Shown: in pieces, positions 47,168-58,557 of the stretch | Layout: each line of letters opens with the position of its first letter | Numbering within the stretch: the stretch's first letter is position 1 | Assembly (NCBI GenBank): GCA_963801355.1 | Contig: CAWDEM010000004.1 | Span: forward strand, 1,312,001-1,376,000 | Direction: 5' to 3' | DNA length: 64,000 nt | From: Ignavibacteriota bacterium | Lineage (GTDB): Bacteria; Bacteroidota; Ignavibacteria; UBA10030; UBA6906 | The notes under the pieces: generated by a model | Told to the model about the DNA's origin: nothing | What the model saw: only the letters and a program-made list of their open reading frames with translations | Database searches by the model: none | Made by a program: the position numbers and the translations under genes

Positions 47168-48328
47168 ATGAAAGTTCACGAACACCAGGCGAAGGATATC
47201 CTCAAACGGTTCGACGTCGCCGTGCCTGCCGGTCAGGTCGCGTTTTCTGCAGAGGAAGCAGTGCGTGTTGCGATGGATCTGGGAGGGTCGGTATGGGTGG
47301 TCAAGGCCCAGATCCATGCCGGAGGCCGGGGAAAAGGTGGCGGCGTCAAGGTTGCCCGGTCACTCGACGAGGTGCGAACGATCGCCGGCCAGATGCTCGG
47401 CATGTATCTTAAGACACACCAGACCGGACCGGAAGGGCGTCTGGTCAAACGCCTGCTCATCGAGCAGGGCATAGCGATCGCACGCGAGCTCTACGTCGGC
47501 ATTACCCTCGACCGCGCGACATCACAGAATGTGGTGATGGTATCCACCGAGGGGGGGGTGGAGATCGAGAAAGTGGCGGCGGAGACGCCCGAGAAGATCC
47601 TCAAGGCGCACATTGACCGCGGCGCGGGATTCCGGCCGTTCCAGGCGCGTGCACTGGTGTTCGGGCTGGGCCTCACCGGCGAAGTGCAGAAGAACGCCGC
47701 AAGATTTTTGCTGGCCCTGTACCGGGCATACGAAGCCATGGACTGCTCGCTGGCGGAAATCAACCCTCTCGTCGTCACGGCGGACGGGCGTGTGCTTGCC
47801 CTCGACGCAAAGATGAACTTCGATGACAATGCCCTGGACCGGCATCCCGACCTTTATCCGTTGCGTGATCTTGATGAAGAAGATCCCCTTGAGGTGGAAG
47901 CGTCGAAATCAAACCTGAACTACATAAAACTTGACGGAAACGTGGGATGCATGGTGAACGGGGCAGGCCTGGCCATGGGGACCATGGACATCATCAAACT
48001 TGCAGGGGGGCAGCCGGCCAATTTCCTCGACGTGGGAGGCGGTGCAAGCGCTGAGACGGTGGAGGCGGGGTTCAAGATTATCCTGGCCGACCCGCACGTG
48101 AAAGCGGTGTTGATCAATATCTTCGGCGGGATTGTGCGCTGTGACCGTGTCGCCGCAGGTGTTGTTGAGGCCGCCCGCACGGTGCAGGTGCACATCCCCG
48201 TCGTGGTGCGCCTGGCCGGGACGAACGCGGAGATGGCTGCGGAGATCCTTGCCCGCTCCGGGATGAACTTCCTGGTCGCCTCGAGTCTGAAAGAAGCGGC
48301 ACTCAAGGTTACGCAAGCGATCGCATGA
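47168..48328 (+). CDS. sucC: succinyl-CoA synthetase beta subunit
   Basis: [37 protein letters not shown]. Confidence 0.97.
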   Translation: MKVHEHQAKDILKRFDVAVPAGQVAFSAEEAVRVAMDLGGSVWVVKAQIHAGGRGKGGGVKVARSLDEVRTIAGQMLGMYLKTHQTGPEGRLVKRLLIEQGIAIARELYVGITLDRATSQNVVMVSTEGGVEIEKVAAETPEKILKAHIDRGAGFRPFQARALVFGLGLTGEVQKNAARFLLALYRAYEAMDCSLAEINPLVVTADGRVLALDAKMNFDDNALDRHPDLYPLRDLDEEDPLEVEASKSNLNYIKLDGNVGCMVNGAGLAMGTMDIIKLAGGQPANFLDVGGGASAETVEAGFKIILADPHVKAVLINIFGGIVRCDRVAAGVVEAARTVQVHIPVVVRLAGTNAEMAAEILARSGMNFLVASSLKEAALKVTQAIA

Positions 48329-48371
48329 TGTGGCTCTCCGCCAAAAGCTCAGGGGTGAAGGGTTTCCGGTT

Positions 48372-49856
48372 ATGTCTCTGATGACGTCGACCCCGTATGA
48401 GCCGGTAATCGGGCTGGAAGTGCACGCGCAGTTGTCGACCGAAAGCAAGGCGTTCTGCGGTTGCTCCAGCCGGTTCGGCGGTGAACCCAACACAAATGTC
48501 TGTCCGGTCTGCCTGGGTATGCCGGGCACTCTTCCCGTGCTGAACCGGGCGCTGGTGGAGTTCATCCTCCGGATGGGTCTGGCCGTTCATTGCACGGTCG
48601 CACCCCGGTCAATCTTTGCCCGCAAGAACTACTTCTATCCGGATCTCCCCAAGGGGTATCAGATTTCCCAGTACGAAGAACCGATGTGTTCCGACGGGAT
48701 GGTGGAGATTGATCTTGACGAACGCACGCGAAAGCGGATCCGCGTCAAACGCATTCATATGGAAGAAGATGCGGGCAAGTCCATCCATGATCAGGGGGCG
48801 GATACGCTGGTGGATGTGAACCGCTGCGGCGTGCCGCTCATCGAGATCGTCACAGAGCCCGACATCAGCTCTTCCCGCGAAGCGTACCTCTATCTCCAGC
48901 AGATCCGGCAGCTTGTCACGTACCTCGGCATCTGCGACGGCAACATGGAAGAAGGCAGCCTCCGGTGCGATGCGAATGTGTCGGTCCGGAGACGCGGCGA
49001 TACCCGCCTGGGAACGAAGACGGAAGTGAAGAATATGAACTCTTTCCGGAATGTCGAGCGGGCCCTCGAGTTCGAGATCCATCGCCAGGTCGCGTTGATC
49101 GATGACGGCGGAAAGGTTGTGCAGGAGACCTTGCTCTGGGATGCCGATGCCGGAGTGGCGATCCCGATGCGCAGCAAAGAGGAAGCGCACGACTACCGGT
49201 ACTTCCCGGATCCTGATCTCGTGCCGGTGGTCGTCGATCAAGGATGGGTGGACGCGGTCCGGGCCTCACTACCCGAATTACCGCGTGCCCGGCGGGAGAG
49301 GTATTGCGAACAGTTTGCACTTCCCCGGTACGATGCCGATGTGCTGACGTCGGAGAAAGTTGTTGCGGACTACTTCGAGGCGACGCTGGATGCCTTACAT
49401 GCGATCTCCGGCGCGGACCTCCAGGGGAATGCAAAGACAGTGAGCAACTGGGTGATGACCGACATCCTCCGGGTGATGGCAGAGCGCGCGAGTGAACCGG
49501 AAGCCTTCCCGGTGCAACCTGCCCGGCTCGCCGCGATGATCGGGTTGATTCAGGAGGGGACCATCAGCGGGAAGATCGCGAAGGAGGTGTTTGACGAGAT
49601 GCTCTCATCCGGGGAGGAGCCCGCTGCGATCGTCAAGCGGAAGGGACTGATGCAGGTGTCCGACGAAGGGGCGATTGCAGGAATCATCGACGGGATGCTT
49701 GCCGCACATGCGGGGCAGGTCGAGCAATTCTTCTCGGGGAACGAGAAGATCTTCGGTTTTTTTGTGGGCGAGACGATGAAGTTGACGAAGGGCAAGGCGA
49801 ATCCCCGTCTCGTGAATGAACTCCTCAGAAAGAAGCTCTCCGCACGGAAGGGATAG
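48372..49856 (+). CDS. gatB: Asp-tRNA(Asn)/Glu-tRNA(Gln) amidotransferase subunit B
   Basis: [47 protein letters not shown]. Confidence 0.97.
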   Translation: MSLMTSTPYEPVIGLEVHAQLSTESKAFCGCSSRFGGEPNTNVCPVCLGMPGTLPVLNRALVEFILRMGLAVHCTVAPRSIFARKNYFYPDLPKGYQISQYEEPMCSDGMVEIDLDERTRKRIRVKRIHMEEDAGKSIHDQGADTLVDVNRCGVPLIEIVTEPDISSSREAYLYLQQIRQLVTYLGICDGNMEEGSLRCDANVSVRRRGDTRLGTKTEVKNMNSFRNVERALEFEIHRQVALIDDGGKVVQETLLWDADAGVAIPMRSKEEAHDYRYFPDPDLVPVVVDQGWVDAVRASLPELPRARRERYCEQFALPRYDADVLTSEKVVADYFEATLDALHAISGADLQGNAKTVSNWVMTDILRVMAERASEPEAFPVQPARLAAMIGLIQEGTISGKIAKEVFDEMLSSGEEPAAIVKRKGLMQVSDEGAIAGIIDGMLAAHAGQVEQFFSGNEKIFGFFVGETMKLTKGKANPRLVNELLRKKLSARKG

Positions 49857-49858
49857 CC

Positions 49859-50770
49859 ATGTACGAAATCCGCAATATCCTGGTGCCGACCGATTTTTCC
49901 TACCATGCGGACGACGCCCTGGAGCATGCTATAAATCTGGGGGCCCGCCTGAATGCTCACATCACCGTTTTGCATGTCGATGAGTTTTCCGTGTCGCCGC
50001 TGGGTGCGCGGGAGATTGACGACGAATCGGTACGCATGTTCAAGAAACGGCAGGCGGCGTTTTTTGAAGAACATTTTGCCAGGATCCGGGAGGGCGTGAA
50101 GGGATACACGGTGACGGTGAACACGATGGTGCTGCCGGGACGCTCGTACAAAGTCATCGTGGAAGAGAGCGAGCGCAAGGAATACGATCTCATCGTTCTT
50201 GCGACCAGGGGTTTGTCCCACCTCGCCCAGCACCTCATCGGGTCGACAACCGAACGGGTTGTACGCCTTTCGCGTCAGCCGGTTCTCAGCATCCAGCAGG
50301 CCCCTAAACAGGAGGGAGTCATTGGTTCGGTGCTTTGCCCGACCGATCTCTCGCCCGCCGGGAACGCCGCGTTAGCCTATGCAATCTCGATTGCACGGCA
50401 ATCGCATGCAAGACTGTTTATCCAATGCATTTCGGAGCTGGAGAAACCCGAGCCCCGTGATCAGCTGCTGAAACAGCTCACACCACTGACCGAACACCAT
50501 CCCCAGGCGGATGAAGTGGCCTGGGAATTGATTTGCGACCGGGATGTCGAGCCCAGCAATTCCATTATCAGATTTGCGGAAGATCGGGACGTCTCTCTCA
50601 TCGTGATGTCGGCTCACGGGCGCAAGGGCTTGCGGCGCGCGTACATCGGGAACAATACTGCGGAAGTCGTTCGCCAATCCACCCGACCCGTGCTGACCGT
50701 CAGGCACCCGTTCCATCGCAGGATTTTTTCACACCCGTTGACGGAACAATCCCGGTCACGGGTTCCTTGA
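49859..50770 (+). CDS. tandem universal stress protein
   Basis: ILVPTDFS...IGSTTERVVR and VLCPTDLS...IGNNTAEVVR. Confidence 0.92.
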   Translation: MYEIRNILVPTDFSYHADDALEHAINLGARLNAHITVLHVDEFSVSPLGAREIDDESVRMFKKRQAAFFEEHFARIREGVKGYTVTVNTMVLPGRSYKVIVEESERKEYDLIVLATRGLSHLAQHLIGSTTERVVRLSRQPVLSIQQAPKQEGVIGSVLCPTDLSPAGNAALAYAISIARQSHARLFIQCISELEKPEPRDQLLKQLTPLTEHHPQADEVAWELICDRDVEPSNSIIRFAEDRDVSLIVMSAHGRKGLRRAYIGNNTAEVVRQSTRPVLTVRHPFHRRIFSHPLTEQSRSRVP

Positions 50771-50801
50771 TCAAGAACAATAGCGAGTCAGGAACACACA
50801 C

Positions 50802-51563
50802 ATGCGAACAATGATTATCGCCGGCAACTGGAAGATGTACAAGAATCTGCAGGAAACGACGGATCTCCTGTCGCAACTCAAAGCCGCAGTGCCACAATTG
50901 CCGCCCAACGTGATATCCGTTGTCTGTCCGCCGTTCACGTCCCTGCAAGCGGCGGCGGCAGCCCTGAAGGGATCAGCCTTCAAACTCGGCGCGCAGAACA
51001 TGTCGCAGCATGACGAAGGCGCATTCACCGGTGAAATCGCCGGCATAATGCTCAAGTCTGCGGGGTGTGAGTATGTAATTCTCGGGCATTCCGAGCGCCG
51101 GCAGTATTTCGGAGAGACGAATGAAGTTGTCAATCAGAAGGCCAAGAAAGCCCTGTCGCTCGGCCTGAAACCCATCGTCTGCGTGGGGGAGACGTTGCAG
51201 GAGCGGGAGGCAGGGATAACAGGGCAGGTGGTCACCACCCAGATTAAAGGATCGCTGCTCGGCATAGGGCCGCAGGATATGGTGAGCGTGATTATTGCGT
51301 ACGAACCGGTCTGGGCGATTGGCACCGGCAGAGTCGCCACGCCGCAGCAGGCTCAGGAGGTCCACCAGATCATCAGAAAACAGATCGCGCAGCTCTACGA
51401 TTGGGCTCTTGCCGAGAAAATCGTTATTCAATATGGCGGGAGCGTGAAGCCTGACAATGCGACAGATATACTCACGCAAAATGACGTAGATGGGGCACTT
51501 GTTGGAGGAGCATGCCTGAAAGCCGACTCATTTGCGGCGATTATGAGGGCTGCGAAACCGTAA
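50802..51563 (+). CDS. tpiA: triosephosphate isomerase
   Basis: AGNWKM, GHSERR, AYEPVWAIGTG, YGGSV. Confidence 0.98.
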   Translation: MRTMIIAGNWKMYKNLQETTDLLSQLKAAVPQLPPNVISVVCPPFTSLQAAAAALKGSAFKLGAQNMSQHDEGAFTGEIAGIMLKSAGCEYVILGHSERRQYFGETNEVVNQKAKKALSLGLKPIVCVGETLQEREAGITGQVVTTQIKGSLLGIGPQDMVSVIIAYEPVWAIGTGRVATPQQAQEVHQIIRKQIAQLYDWALAEKIVIQYGGSVKPDNATDILTQNDVDGALVGGACLKADSFAAIMRAAKP

Positions 51564-51578
51564 AACCTAGATTTTCCG

Positions 51579-51607
51579 TTGCTTTGGCGCCATTTTCTCT
51601 GTATATT
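51579..51607 (+). promoter_or_regulatory. sigma-70-type promoter
   Basis: TTGCTT-17 bp-TATATT. Confidence 0.5.
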
Positions 51608-51644
51608 GTGGAGAAGGTTTCGATAACCTCCTGAAAACCAAACT

Positions 51645-54257
51645 GTGAGATTGACATCAGTTCGTGGGTTGGCTGCGTTGGTCCTGGCCTTCCTCTCCTT
51701 TGAACTCTTCCATTCTCCGTGTTCTTACGCCGAGACCACCAGATTTCTCGAAAGAACCACCCCCGGTTTCGCGGATGAGCATGGAAGCTCGCTGTCTTCT
51801 ACCCCCACAAGGAAGAGAATCGACCTGGTCGGCCCTTGGACGTACGTTCTGGAGAACGGCGAGGCAGGGACGGTCCAGGTTCCGAGTTCCTATGACTTCG
51901 TCGGCACTGTGGATTTCCAGCGTACCTTCGAAATCAGCAGCAAGGGTCTGGATATCTATCGATATTTCCTTGTTGTCGAAGGCGCAAACTACAGTTGTGA
52001 CGTCAGCATCAACGGGGAGTTCATCGGGAATCATGCGGGGGGATGCACACCCTTCACCATACAAATCCCTCCCGAGGATCTCCAGGCGTCCAAAGACAAC
52101 ACCATCCGGCTGCGGGTGAACAATGAGCTGGATGCACGGGCAACGCTGCCTCTTCGTCCACTCACCTGGGGTGCCCGCAACTATGGGGGGATTCACCGCG
52201 ATATCTACATTCTTGCGACGCCGAAGGTCTTCCTGCGCGATGCCTCGATTGAGAGCCGGCTTCCGGCTGTGACCGGCGGCCCGGGACGCGTGTTCGTCAC
52301 GCCGCAGATTGAAGGGGTTCTTACAGTTGATTCCGCCGGGACGGCATTTGGATTTGCGTGTGAAGTCGTGGAGGCGGTCACCGGCCTGTCGGTGGGTCGC
52401 AGCGCGGTGGTCCCTTTGCAGGAAAAGGATAATGCATGGAGTGCGGCCCGCAAGGCGGAAGTTGTGATTGCGGCACCCCGGCTCTGGTCGCCTGATACCC
52501 CTGATCTGTACATTGTGAAATGCCAGCTGGTCCGGCTGCGCGGCAAGGATACCTCGCTCATAGACGAATACCGGCTGCCGTACGGTCTCTGTTCGGTTGA
52601 GCTTCGCGACGGCGATATCTTTATGAACGGCAAACGGTTAGTCGTGCGCGCGGTTTCGTGGTACGAAGCCCATCCCAACTGGGGGAGTGCAATTCCCCCG
52701 GAAGAACGGGAACGGGACATCGTGCAGATCAAGAATCTGGGTGCGAACGCCATCCGGTTTGTGGGGTGCGCACCGGACCCGATCATGCTGGATTTGTGCG
52801 ACCGGTACGGCTTGTGCGCGATGGAAGAGCTGCCCCTGGCCCAATGCCCCGCCGGGATTCTTGGCACAGAAACCTATCAGGATCTGGCAGCCGGGATGAT
52901 GCGGGAAATGGTCCTCCGGGATCGGCATCATCCTTCGGTGCTGGCATGGGGAATAGGCGATGAGCTACAGTGCGAGCCTCACCACGGCGGAGCGTTCATT
53001 ACCCGGGTGCTGGAGAGCCTTCATGCACTGGACGGACGTCCGTCATACCGCGGACTGCGTCTGGGGGTTGTAGACAGCTGCCGGGGAGTGACGGATATCG
53101 AGGTGGTCAACGTGTACGTATCGGATGCGAAGCAGACGAAGGCAGCTCTTGAGGAGTGGCGGGCAGAACGCAGGGATATTGTCACGTTTGCCAGGTTCGG
53201 CTACGAAGTAGATCATGAAAACCTGAAAGGGTTCAACGATCCGCTCTCGCAACAGGCGCAGGCGCGCTTCCTCATGCAGCGCCTTGAGTATCTCCGGACG
53301 CTCGACTTCGATGGAGCGATAATCTGGTCGTTCAACGATTGGCAGGGTGACCGCCCGGCGCTGACGGTGCACACCGGAGATCCCTGGAAGCACTCCATGG
53401 GTCTGGTGAGCGATCGTCGTGAGCGGAGGTTATCCTACGAGGCCGTGCGGGCAGGCTTCCGCGGGGAGAGGGGTGCTGCGCTCTCAGCCGGCTCCTATGC
53501 ACCGCGGGCCCCGATTATTTATGTCCTCGTCGGGTTTGTCGCCCTGATCCTGGTGGCCTATGTCTACAACGCCAACCGGCGATTCCGTGAGCACGTCAAC
53601 CGTTCCCTTTTGAACAGCTACAACTTCTTTGCGGACGTGCGGGATCAGTACGCTGTGTCCGTTGTCCACACCACGTTCCTCGCGCTCATTGTCTCGGTCG
53701 CGACAGCGATCGTGTTATCGAGTGTAGCCCTGCATTTCCGGGACAGCCTGTTCCTGGACAACCTTCTCTCGTACGTACTGGTATTCGATGATGTGAAAGC
53801 GGCTATGGTGCGCCTGATCTGGGATCCCCTCCGGTTCATCGGTGTCCTGACGCTGATCCTGTTTGTGTTCTTTCTTCTCCTCTCCGGCCTAGTCCACCAG
53901 GCGCGGCTGGTCATGAAAGCACGGGTGTTTGCCTTTCATGCCTACACAGCCACGATCTGGTCCGCAACACCCTTGCTGGCGTTGATTCCGGTCGGGATGA
54001 TCCTGTACCGCGTCATGGAAGGGCCGGTGTATGTCGCGTCATCGCTCATCGTTGTTGCAGTGCTGTTTGTCTGGGTTCTGCTGCGGTTCATGAAGGCCGT
54101 GTCGATTGTGTATGACGTATATCCTCCGAAAATGCTTGCCATAGGATTTCTCGTGCTTGCGGCGTGCTGCGGTTTCGCGTACCTCTATTTTGACCGCGTG
54201 CAGTCGGCGCCGATGTATCTGTCATTCCTCTACTCGATGGTGGGTGCGGGCCGGTAA
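51645..54257 (+). CDS. GH2-like (beta-galactosidase/glucuronidase fold) protein with multi-TM C-terminus
   Basis: NYGGIHRDIY, LWSPDTPDLY, LGANAIR, LCDRYGL, RDRHHPSVLAWGIGDE; about six C-terminal TM helices. Confidence 0.82.
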   Translation: MRLTSVRGLAALVLAFLSFELFHSPCSYAETTRFLERTTPGFADEHGSSLSSTPTRKRIDLVGPWTYVLENGEAGTVQVPSSYDFVGTVDFQRTFEISSKGLDIYRYFLVVEGANYSCDVSINGEFIGNHAGGCTPFTIQIPPEDLQASKDNTIRLRVNNELDARATLPLRPLTWGARNYGGIHRDIYILATPKVFLRDASIESRLPAVTGGPGRVFVTPQIEGVLTVDSAGTAFGFACEVVEAVTGLSVGRSAVVPLQEKDNAWSAARKAEVVIAAPRLWSPDTPDLYIVKCQLVRLRGKDTSLIDEYRLPYGLCSVELRDGDIFMNGKRLVVRAVSWYEAHPNWGSAIPPEERERDIVQIKNLGANAIRFVGCAPDPIMLDLCDRYGLCAMEELPLAQCPAGILGTETYQDLAAGMMREMVLRDRHHPSVLAWGIGDELQCEPHHGGAFITRVLESLHALDGRPSYRGLRLGVVDSCRGVTDIEVVNVYVSDAKQTKAALEEWRAERRDIVTFARFGYEVDHENLKGFNDPLSQQAQARFLMQRLEYLRTLDFDGAIIWSFNDWQGDRPALTVHTGDPWKHSMGLVSDRRERRLSYEAVRAGFRGERGAALSAGSYAPRAPIIYVLVGFVALILVAYVYNANRRFREHVNRSLLNSYNFFADVRDQYAVSVVHTTFLALIVSVATAIVLSSVALHFRDSLFLDNLLSYVLVFDDVKAAMVRLIWDPLRFIGVLTLILFVFFLLLSGLVHQARLVMKARVFAFHAYTATIWSATPLLALIPVGMILYRVMEGPVYVASSLIVVAVLFVWVLLRFMKAVSIVYDVYPPKMLAIGFLVLAACCGFAYLYFDRVQSAPMYLSFLYSMVGAGR

Positions 54258-57200
54258 TGTATCTTTCGCGATTGGAAATTCAGGGCTTCAAGTCATTCGC
54301 GCAGCGCGTGGCGCTGCGCTTTGACAGCGGCATCTCCGCGATTGTCGGCCCCAACGGATGCGGGAAGACCAACATCGTCGATGCAATTCGCTGGGTACTG
54401 GGGGAGCAACGGTACAGCGCGCTCCGCAGCGAAAAAATGGAAGACGTGATCTTCAATGGCACGAAGACGCGGAAGCCGCTCGGCATGGCGGAGGCGTCGC
54501 TCGTCATCGAGAATACCAAGGGCATTCTCCCTTCCGAATATTCCCAGGTCACCGTCGGGCGCAGAATCTACCGTTCAGGGGAAAGCGAATACCTGCTGAA
54601 CGGCGCGCCCTGCAGGTTGAAGGATATCCTGGACCTCTTTATGGACACGGGGATGGGGGCGGATGCGTACTCGGTGATCGAGTTGAAGATGATCGAGATC
54701 ATTCTCAGCGACCGGACGGACGAGCGCCGCCGCCTGTTTGAGGAGGCCGCGGGAGTAACGAAGTACAAGCACCGCCGGAAAGCCGCCTACCGGAAGCTTG
54801 AAGCGGTCCAAGCAGATCTCATACGGGTGAACGATCTCGTTTCTGAAGTGCAGAAGGCAGTCTCTTCGCTGGAGCGCCAGGCCCGGCGTGCCGAACAGTT
54901 CAACGGCGTGAAAGAGCGGCACCGGGCGCTGGAAATAGACCTCCTTGAACGCGAATTTGCACAGGTGCACTCCCGGCTGGCGCCCCTGCTCGCGCGCAGA
55001 CAGACCCTGCAACAGGAGCGTTCGGTGACGGACGAGGACCTGAGCCTCATCGAAGGACGACTGGAGGAGTTGCGCACCCTGGTTCTGACTTCCGAGAGGG
55101 AGCTGGCGGAAGCCCAGCGTGATGTGGTGCTTCAGCGCGAGGCGATACACGGGGTTGATGAGAGGAATCTTGTCGCGGCGGAACAGGCGAAGGCCGGCCG
55201 TGCACTTATCGCCCGTCTTGCCGGTGAGGATCAGGAACTGGAGCGGGAGCGTGTGCGGCAGGAGACACTGCGAGAAGAGTCCCAGAGCGCGCTGACAACT
55301 CTTGCCGTCCGTGAGACTGCTATCACCCAAGAGAGCGCTCTGCGTGAGCGCGAGTTGGAGGAAGCGGCACAGCTGGTCGAAGAGAAGAAAGTGGAAGTGC
55401 GCAGCTTGAACGGGCTCTTGCTGGCGGCGGTCCAGCGCAGCGCGGAGCGTCAGGCAGAACACGACCGTCGCAGGGGGCATCTGGAAGTCCTCAAATCGAA
55501 CCTGGGAGAGGTCGATGGGGATACTGCCGCATACGCCGCGGACCTGGTCCGGCTGGGCGAGAATTTTTCTGGATTGACAGACGAGGACCATCAGCTCCGC
55601 CGGTCGTTCGCGGAAGCAGAAATGCAGTTCTACGATGCAGAGCAGAAGAAACGCAATTTGCGGGACCGTGCGGATGAGCTGCACCGCCGGGCAACGGAAG
55701 TCCGTGCGGAGATGGAGCGGGCTGCCGGCCGCATGGAATTTCTCCAGGGGCTGATCGAGAGCCGGGAAGGCCTTCCGGAGAGTGTGCGGTTTCTCGGTGC
55801 GAGCGAGCAATGGTCGTCGCGCGGAACGCTGACTGTTGCGGATGCAGTGCATGCGGAAGACGAATACCGGGTGGCGATTGAAGCTGCCTTGGGAGACGCG
55901 GGAAGTCTCGTGGTCGTCAACCGGGCCGAGGATGCGGAGCAGGGGATCCTCCTTCTCAGGGAGCAGGGGAAAGGGAAAGCGACGTTTGTTTGTCTTGACC
56001 GTCTGCCGCTCATCAACCGACGTTACGAGATTCCGGAGGTACCGGGAATACGCGGCTGGGCGCTTGACGTGGCCCGTTTTGACGAGGAGCTTGCGTCACT
56101 ATTCGGCTTCCTGCTGGATCGCGTGCTGCTCGTCGACACAATCGAGACGGCCCGGCAGGTGACGCGTGACCATGTGGGCCTGCGGTGTGTAACACTTGAT
56201 GGCGAGATCGCGACATCCGTGGGTGTGCTGCGTGGTGGCAGCCGCCGCCATGAGGAAGGCGGGGCAATCGGCAAGCGGCATCAGATTGAAGAGCTCCGCG
56301 AACAGATGGCGGGGTTCGAAGCCCGGCTGTCGTCGATCGCCGCCGAACGAGATGCCGTGGTTGCCGAGCACGATGGGCTCGACCTCAAGCGGCATCAGGA
56401 TGCCGTGAAGGCAATCGAGCGGGAAATGCATGCGATCGAAATGCGGATCGCGCAGGTGGCGTTTGAGAGGAAGCGTGCCGATGAGAGCATCGCCGCGAGC
56501 AAGGAACAGCAGGCGAGGCTCCTGACGGAAATCGCATCGGTTGAGACCGAGATTGCCGGCGATGAGCCCGCCCTTGCCGCGGTCCGGGCGGAGCAGGAGG
56601 GGATCGACCGGCGGTTGCAGGACGCGCGTGCCGCGCTGGATCGGCTCGAGCAGGAATTGGCACAACGCGCACGGGTGACGCAGGATATCGAACTTGATCT
56701 GGTGCACCTGCGCAATGAGACCCAGGCAGTCACGGCAAGTCTTGCGCGCGCTACGCAGAGCCTCGAGACGATTGTCGAAACGCTTGAGAAACACCGTGCG
56801 GACGCGGAACGGACCCTCCAGGCAATTGGCGTCGTCGAGACGGGTGTGGAAGTGAACCGTCTCGAACTCGAACGTCTCTATCAGGAACGGACTCTCCGCG
56901 AACAGCGGAGAGCGGAGATAGAGGCTACGGCGACGCGCCAGAAGAATGAAATGCATGCGGCGGAACTCCGCATTCGGGATCAGCGGCGGGTGCATGACGA
57001 TGCTCTGCGCATCCTTCATGACACCGAGCTGAAGATTGCCGATCTCCAGGCCCGCGCGGAACACCTGACCGGCCGTGCCCAGGAGGAATTCGAAATCAGT
57101 CTTACATTGAAGACCTACCCTGATTCGGAATTCGTCGACTTTGCCCAATTGCGCGAAGAGATCCAGGGCTTGAAGGAGAAGATCAAGTCGCTGGGGAATA

Positions 57201-57826
57201 TCAACTTCGCTGCGTTTGAGGAGTATTCAACCGAAAAACAGCGCCTGACCTTCATGGTAGGACAGCGCCAGGACCTGCTGGACGCGGAAAAAACCCTTCT
57301 GGCCACCATCGAGGAAATCAACGCGACGGCGCAGAAGAAATTCCTCGACACGTTTGACCTCATCCGGACAAATTTTATCGAGACCTTCAAGAGTCTGTTC
57401 GATCCCGGAGATGAGTGTGATCTCAAACTCGAGGAGGGAGTCGATCCGCTGGAGGCCCGCATTGAAATCGTCGCGAAACCCCGTGGAAAACGCCCGACCT
57501 CAATTGATCTCCTCTCTGGAGGCGAAAAGACTCTCACGGCCACCGCCCTGCTCTTTGCAATCTATCTTGTGAAACCCAGTCCGTTCTGCATTCTGGATGA
57601 AGTAGATGCGCCTCTGGATGATGCGAATATTGACCGTTTCACCCGCATTTTACGTAAGTTTTCCGGAAACACGCAGTTTATCGTCGTCACGCACAACAAA
57701 CGGACGATGGAGGCGGCGAACGCTATGTACGGCGTCACCATGGAGGAAGAGGGGGTCTCAAAACTCGTGACGGTGCGTTTCAACCAGGAGTCGCAAATTG
57801 CATCTGCGACGGTGGCGATTGCGTGA
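54257..57826 (+). CDS. smc: chromosome segregation protein SMC
   Basis: GFKSFA, GPNGCGKTN, coiled coils and hinge, LSGGEK, LDEVDAPLD. Confidence 0.97.
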   Translation: MYLSRLEIQGFKSFAQRVALRFDSGISAIVGPNGCGKTNIVDAIRWVLGEQRYSALRSEKMEDVIFNGTKTRKPLGMAEASLVIENTKGILPSEYSQVTVGRRIYRSGESEYLLNGAPCRLKDILDLFMDTGMGADAYSVIELKMIEIILSDRTDERRRLFEEAAGVTKYKHRRKAAYRKLEAVQADLIRVNDLVSEVQKAVSSLERQARRAEQFNGVKERHRALEIDLLEREFAQVHSRLAPLLARRQTLQQERSVTDEDLSLIEGRLEELRTLVLTSERELAEAQRDVVLQREAIHGVDERNLVAAEQAKAGRALIARLAGEDQELERERVRQETLREESQSALTTLAVRETAITQESALRERELEEAAQLVEEKKVEVRSLNGLLLAAVQRSAERQAEHDRRRGHLEVLKSNLGEVDGDTAAYAADLVRLGENFSGLTDEDHQLRRSFAEAEMQFYDAEQKKRNLRDRADELHRRATEVRAEMERAAGRMEFLQGLIESREGLPESVRFLGASEQWSSRGTLTVADAVHAEDEYRVAIEAALGDAGSLVVVNRAEDAEQGILLLREQGKGKATFVCLDRLPLINRRYEIPEVPGIRGWALDVARFDEELASLFGFLLDRVLLVDTIETARQVTRDHVGLRCVTLDGEIATSVGVLRGGSRRHEEGGAIGKRHQIEELREQMAGFEARLSSIAAERDAVVAEHDGLDLKRHQDAVKAIEREMHAIEMRIAQVAFERKRADESIAASKEQQARLLTEIASVETEIAGDEPALAAVRAEQEGIDRRLQDARAALDRLEQELAQRARVTQDIELDLVHLRNETQAVTASLARATQSLETIVETLEKHRADAERTLQAIGVVETGVEVNRLELERLYQERTLREQRRAEIEATATRQKNEMHAAELRIRDQRRVHDDALRILHDTELKIADLQARAEHLTGRAQEEFEISLTLKTYPDSEFVDFAQLREEIQGLKEKIKSLGNINFAAFEEYSTEKQRLTFMVGQRQDLLDAEKTLLATIEEINATAQKKFLDTFDLIRTNFIETFKSLFDPGDECDLKLEEGVDPLEARIEIVAKPRGKRPTSIDLLSGGEKTLTATALLFAIYLVKPSPFCILDEVDAPLDDANIDRFTRILRKFSGNTQFIVVTHNKRTMEAANAMYGVTMEEEGVSKLVTVRFNQESQIASATVAIA

Positions 57827-58557
57827 GCAACGCACTGAAACTGTTCCTTGACTTTGATGGTACGATCGCGCGCGGCGATGTGGGGAATGCGTTCTTCCGC
57901 CACTTTGGCGGAGGAAATTGTGCGCAATGGATTACACGCTACCGCGAAGGCATCATTTCAGCCCGCGCCTGTTTTGAGGGAGAGCGTGAGGCTATGGGGC
58001 GCGTGCGGCGCGAAGATGCCGAAGCGTTCCTCCAGACGTGCCAGACCGACCCCGGTTTCACCGCCCTGATCAGGTTCTGTGAGGGGGCGGGCATCCCCGT
58101 GACGATCCTGAGCGATGGTCTGGACTTCTATATCGCGCCGTTGCTGCACAACGCGGCGCTGGATGACATCCCGTACTATGCGAACCGGCTGCGGTGGGAA
58201 CCCGCAGGCGATGATGGACGCGCGGCCCCGATTCTCGAATTCCCTTTTGGCAATGCCGAGTGTGACCGATGCGCGTGCTGCAAGCGGAATATCATGCTGA
58301 CTGCATGCGGGGAAGAGGACGTCATCGCCTATGCGGGGGATGGGTACTCCGACCGGTGTCCGGTTGAGTACGCGGATATCGTCTTCGCCAAGGGAGCGCT
58401 GCAGGCGTGGTGCCAGAAACAGAACATCAGCTATTTTCCCTACAACGATTTGCACGATGTCCGGTCTCGACTGGAAGCTCTGGCGCACCGTCGCACCATA
58501 CGCCGCCGTCCCCGGGCGGAACAACGGCGCAGAGAGGCATTTGCAGCGGAAGCATGA
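57823..58557 (+). CDS. MtnX-like HAD-IB phosphatase
   Basis: DFDGTI, LSDG, CACCK, GDGYSD. Confidence 0.88.
   Translation: MSNALKLFLDFDGTIARGDVGNAFFRHFGGGNCAQWITRYREGIISARACFEGEREAMGRVRREDAEAFLQTCQTDPGFTALIRFCEGAGIPVTILSDGLDFYIAPLLHNAALDDIPYYANRLRWEPAGDDGRAAPILEFPFGNAECDRCACCKRNIMLTACGEEDVIAYAGDGYSDRCPVEYADIVFAKGALQAWCQKQNISYFPYNDLHDVRSRLEALAHRRTIRRRPRAEQRRREAFAAEA

Noticed and set aside
47168-48328. sucC without adjacent sucD, and proline dehydrogenase separated from P5C dehydrogenase
   Set aside because: Split arrangements like these are ordinary in FCB genomes.
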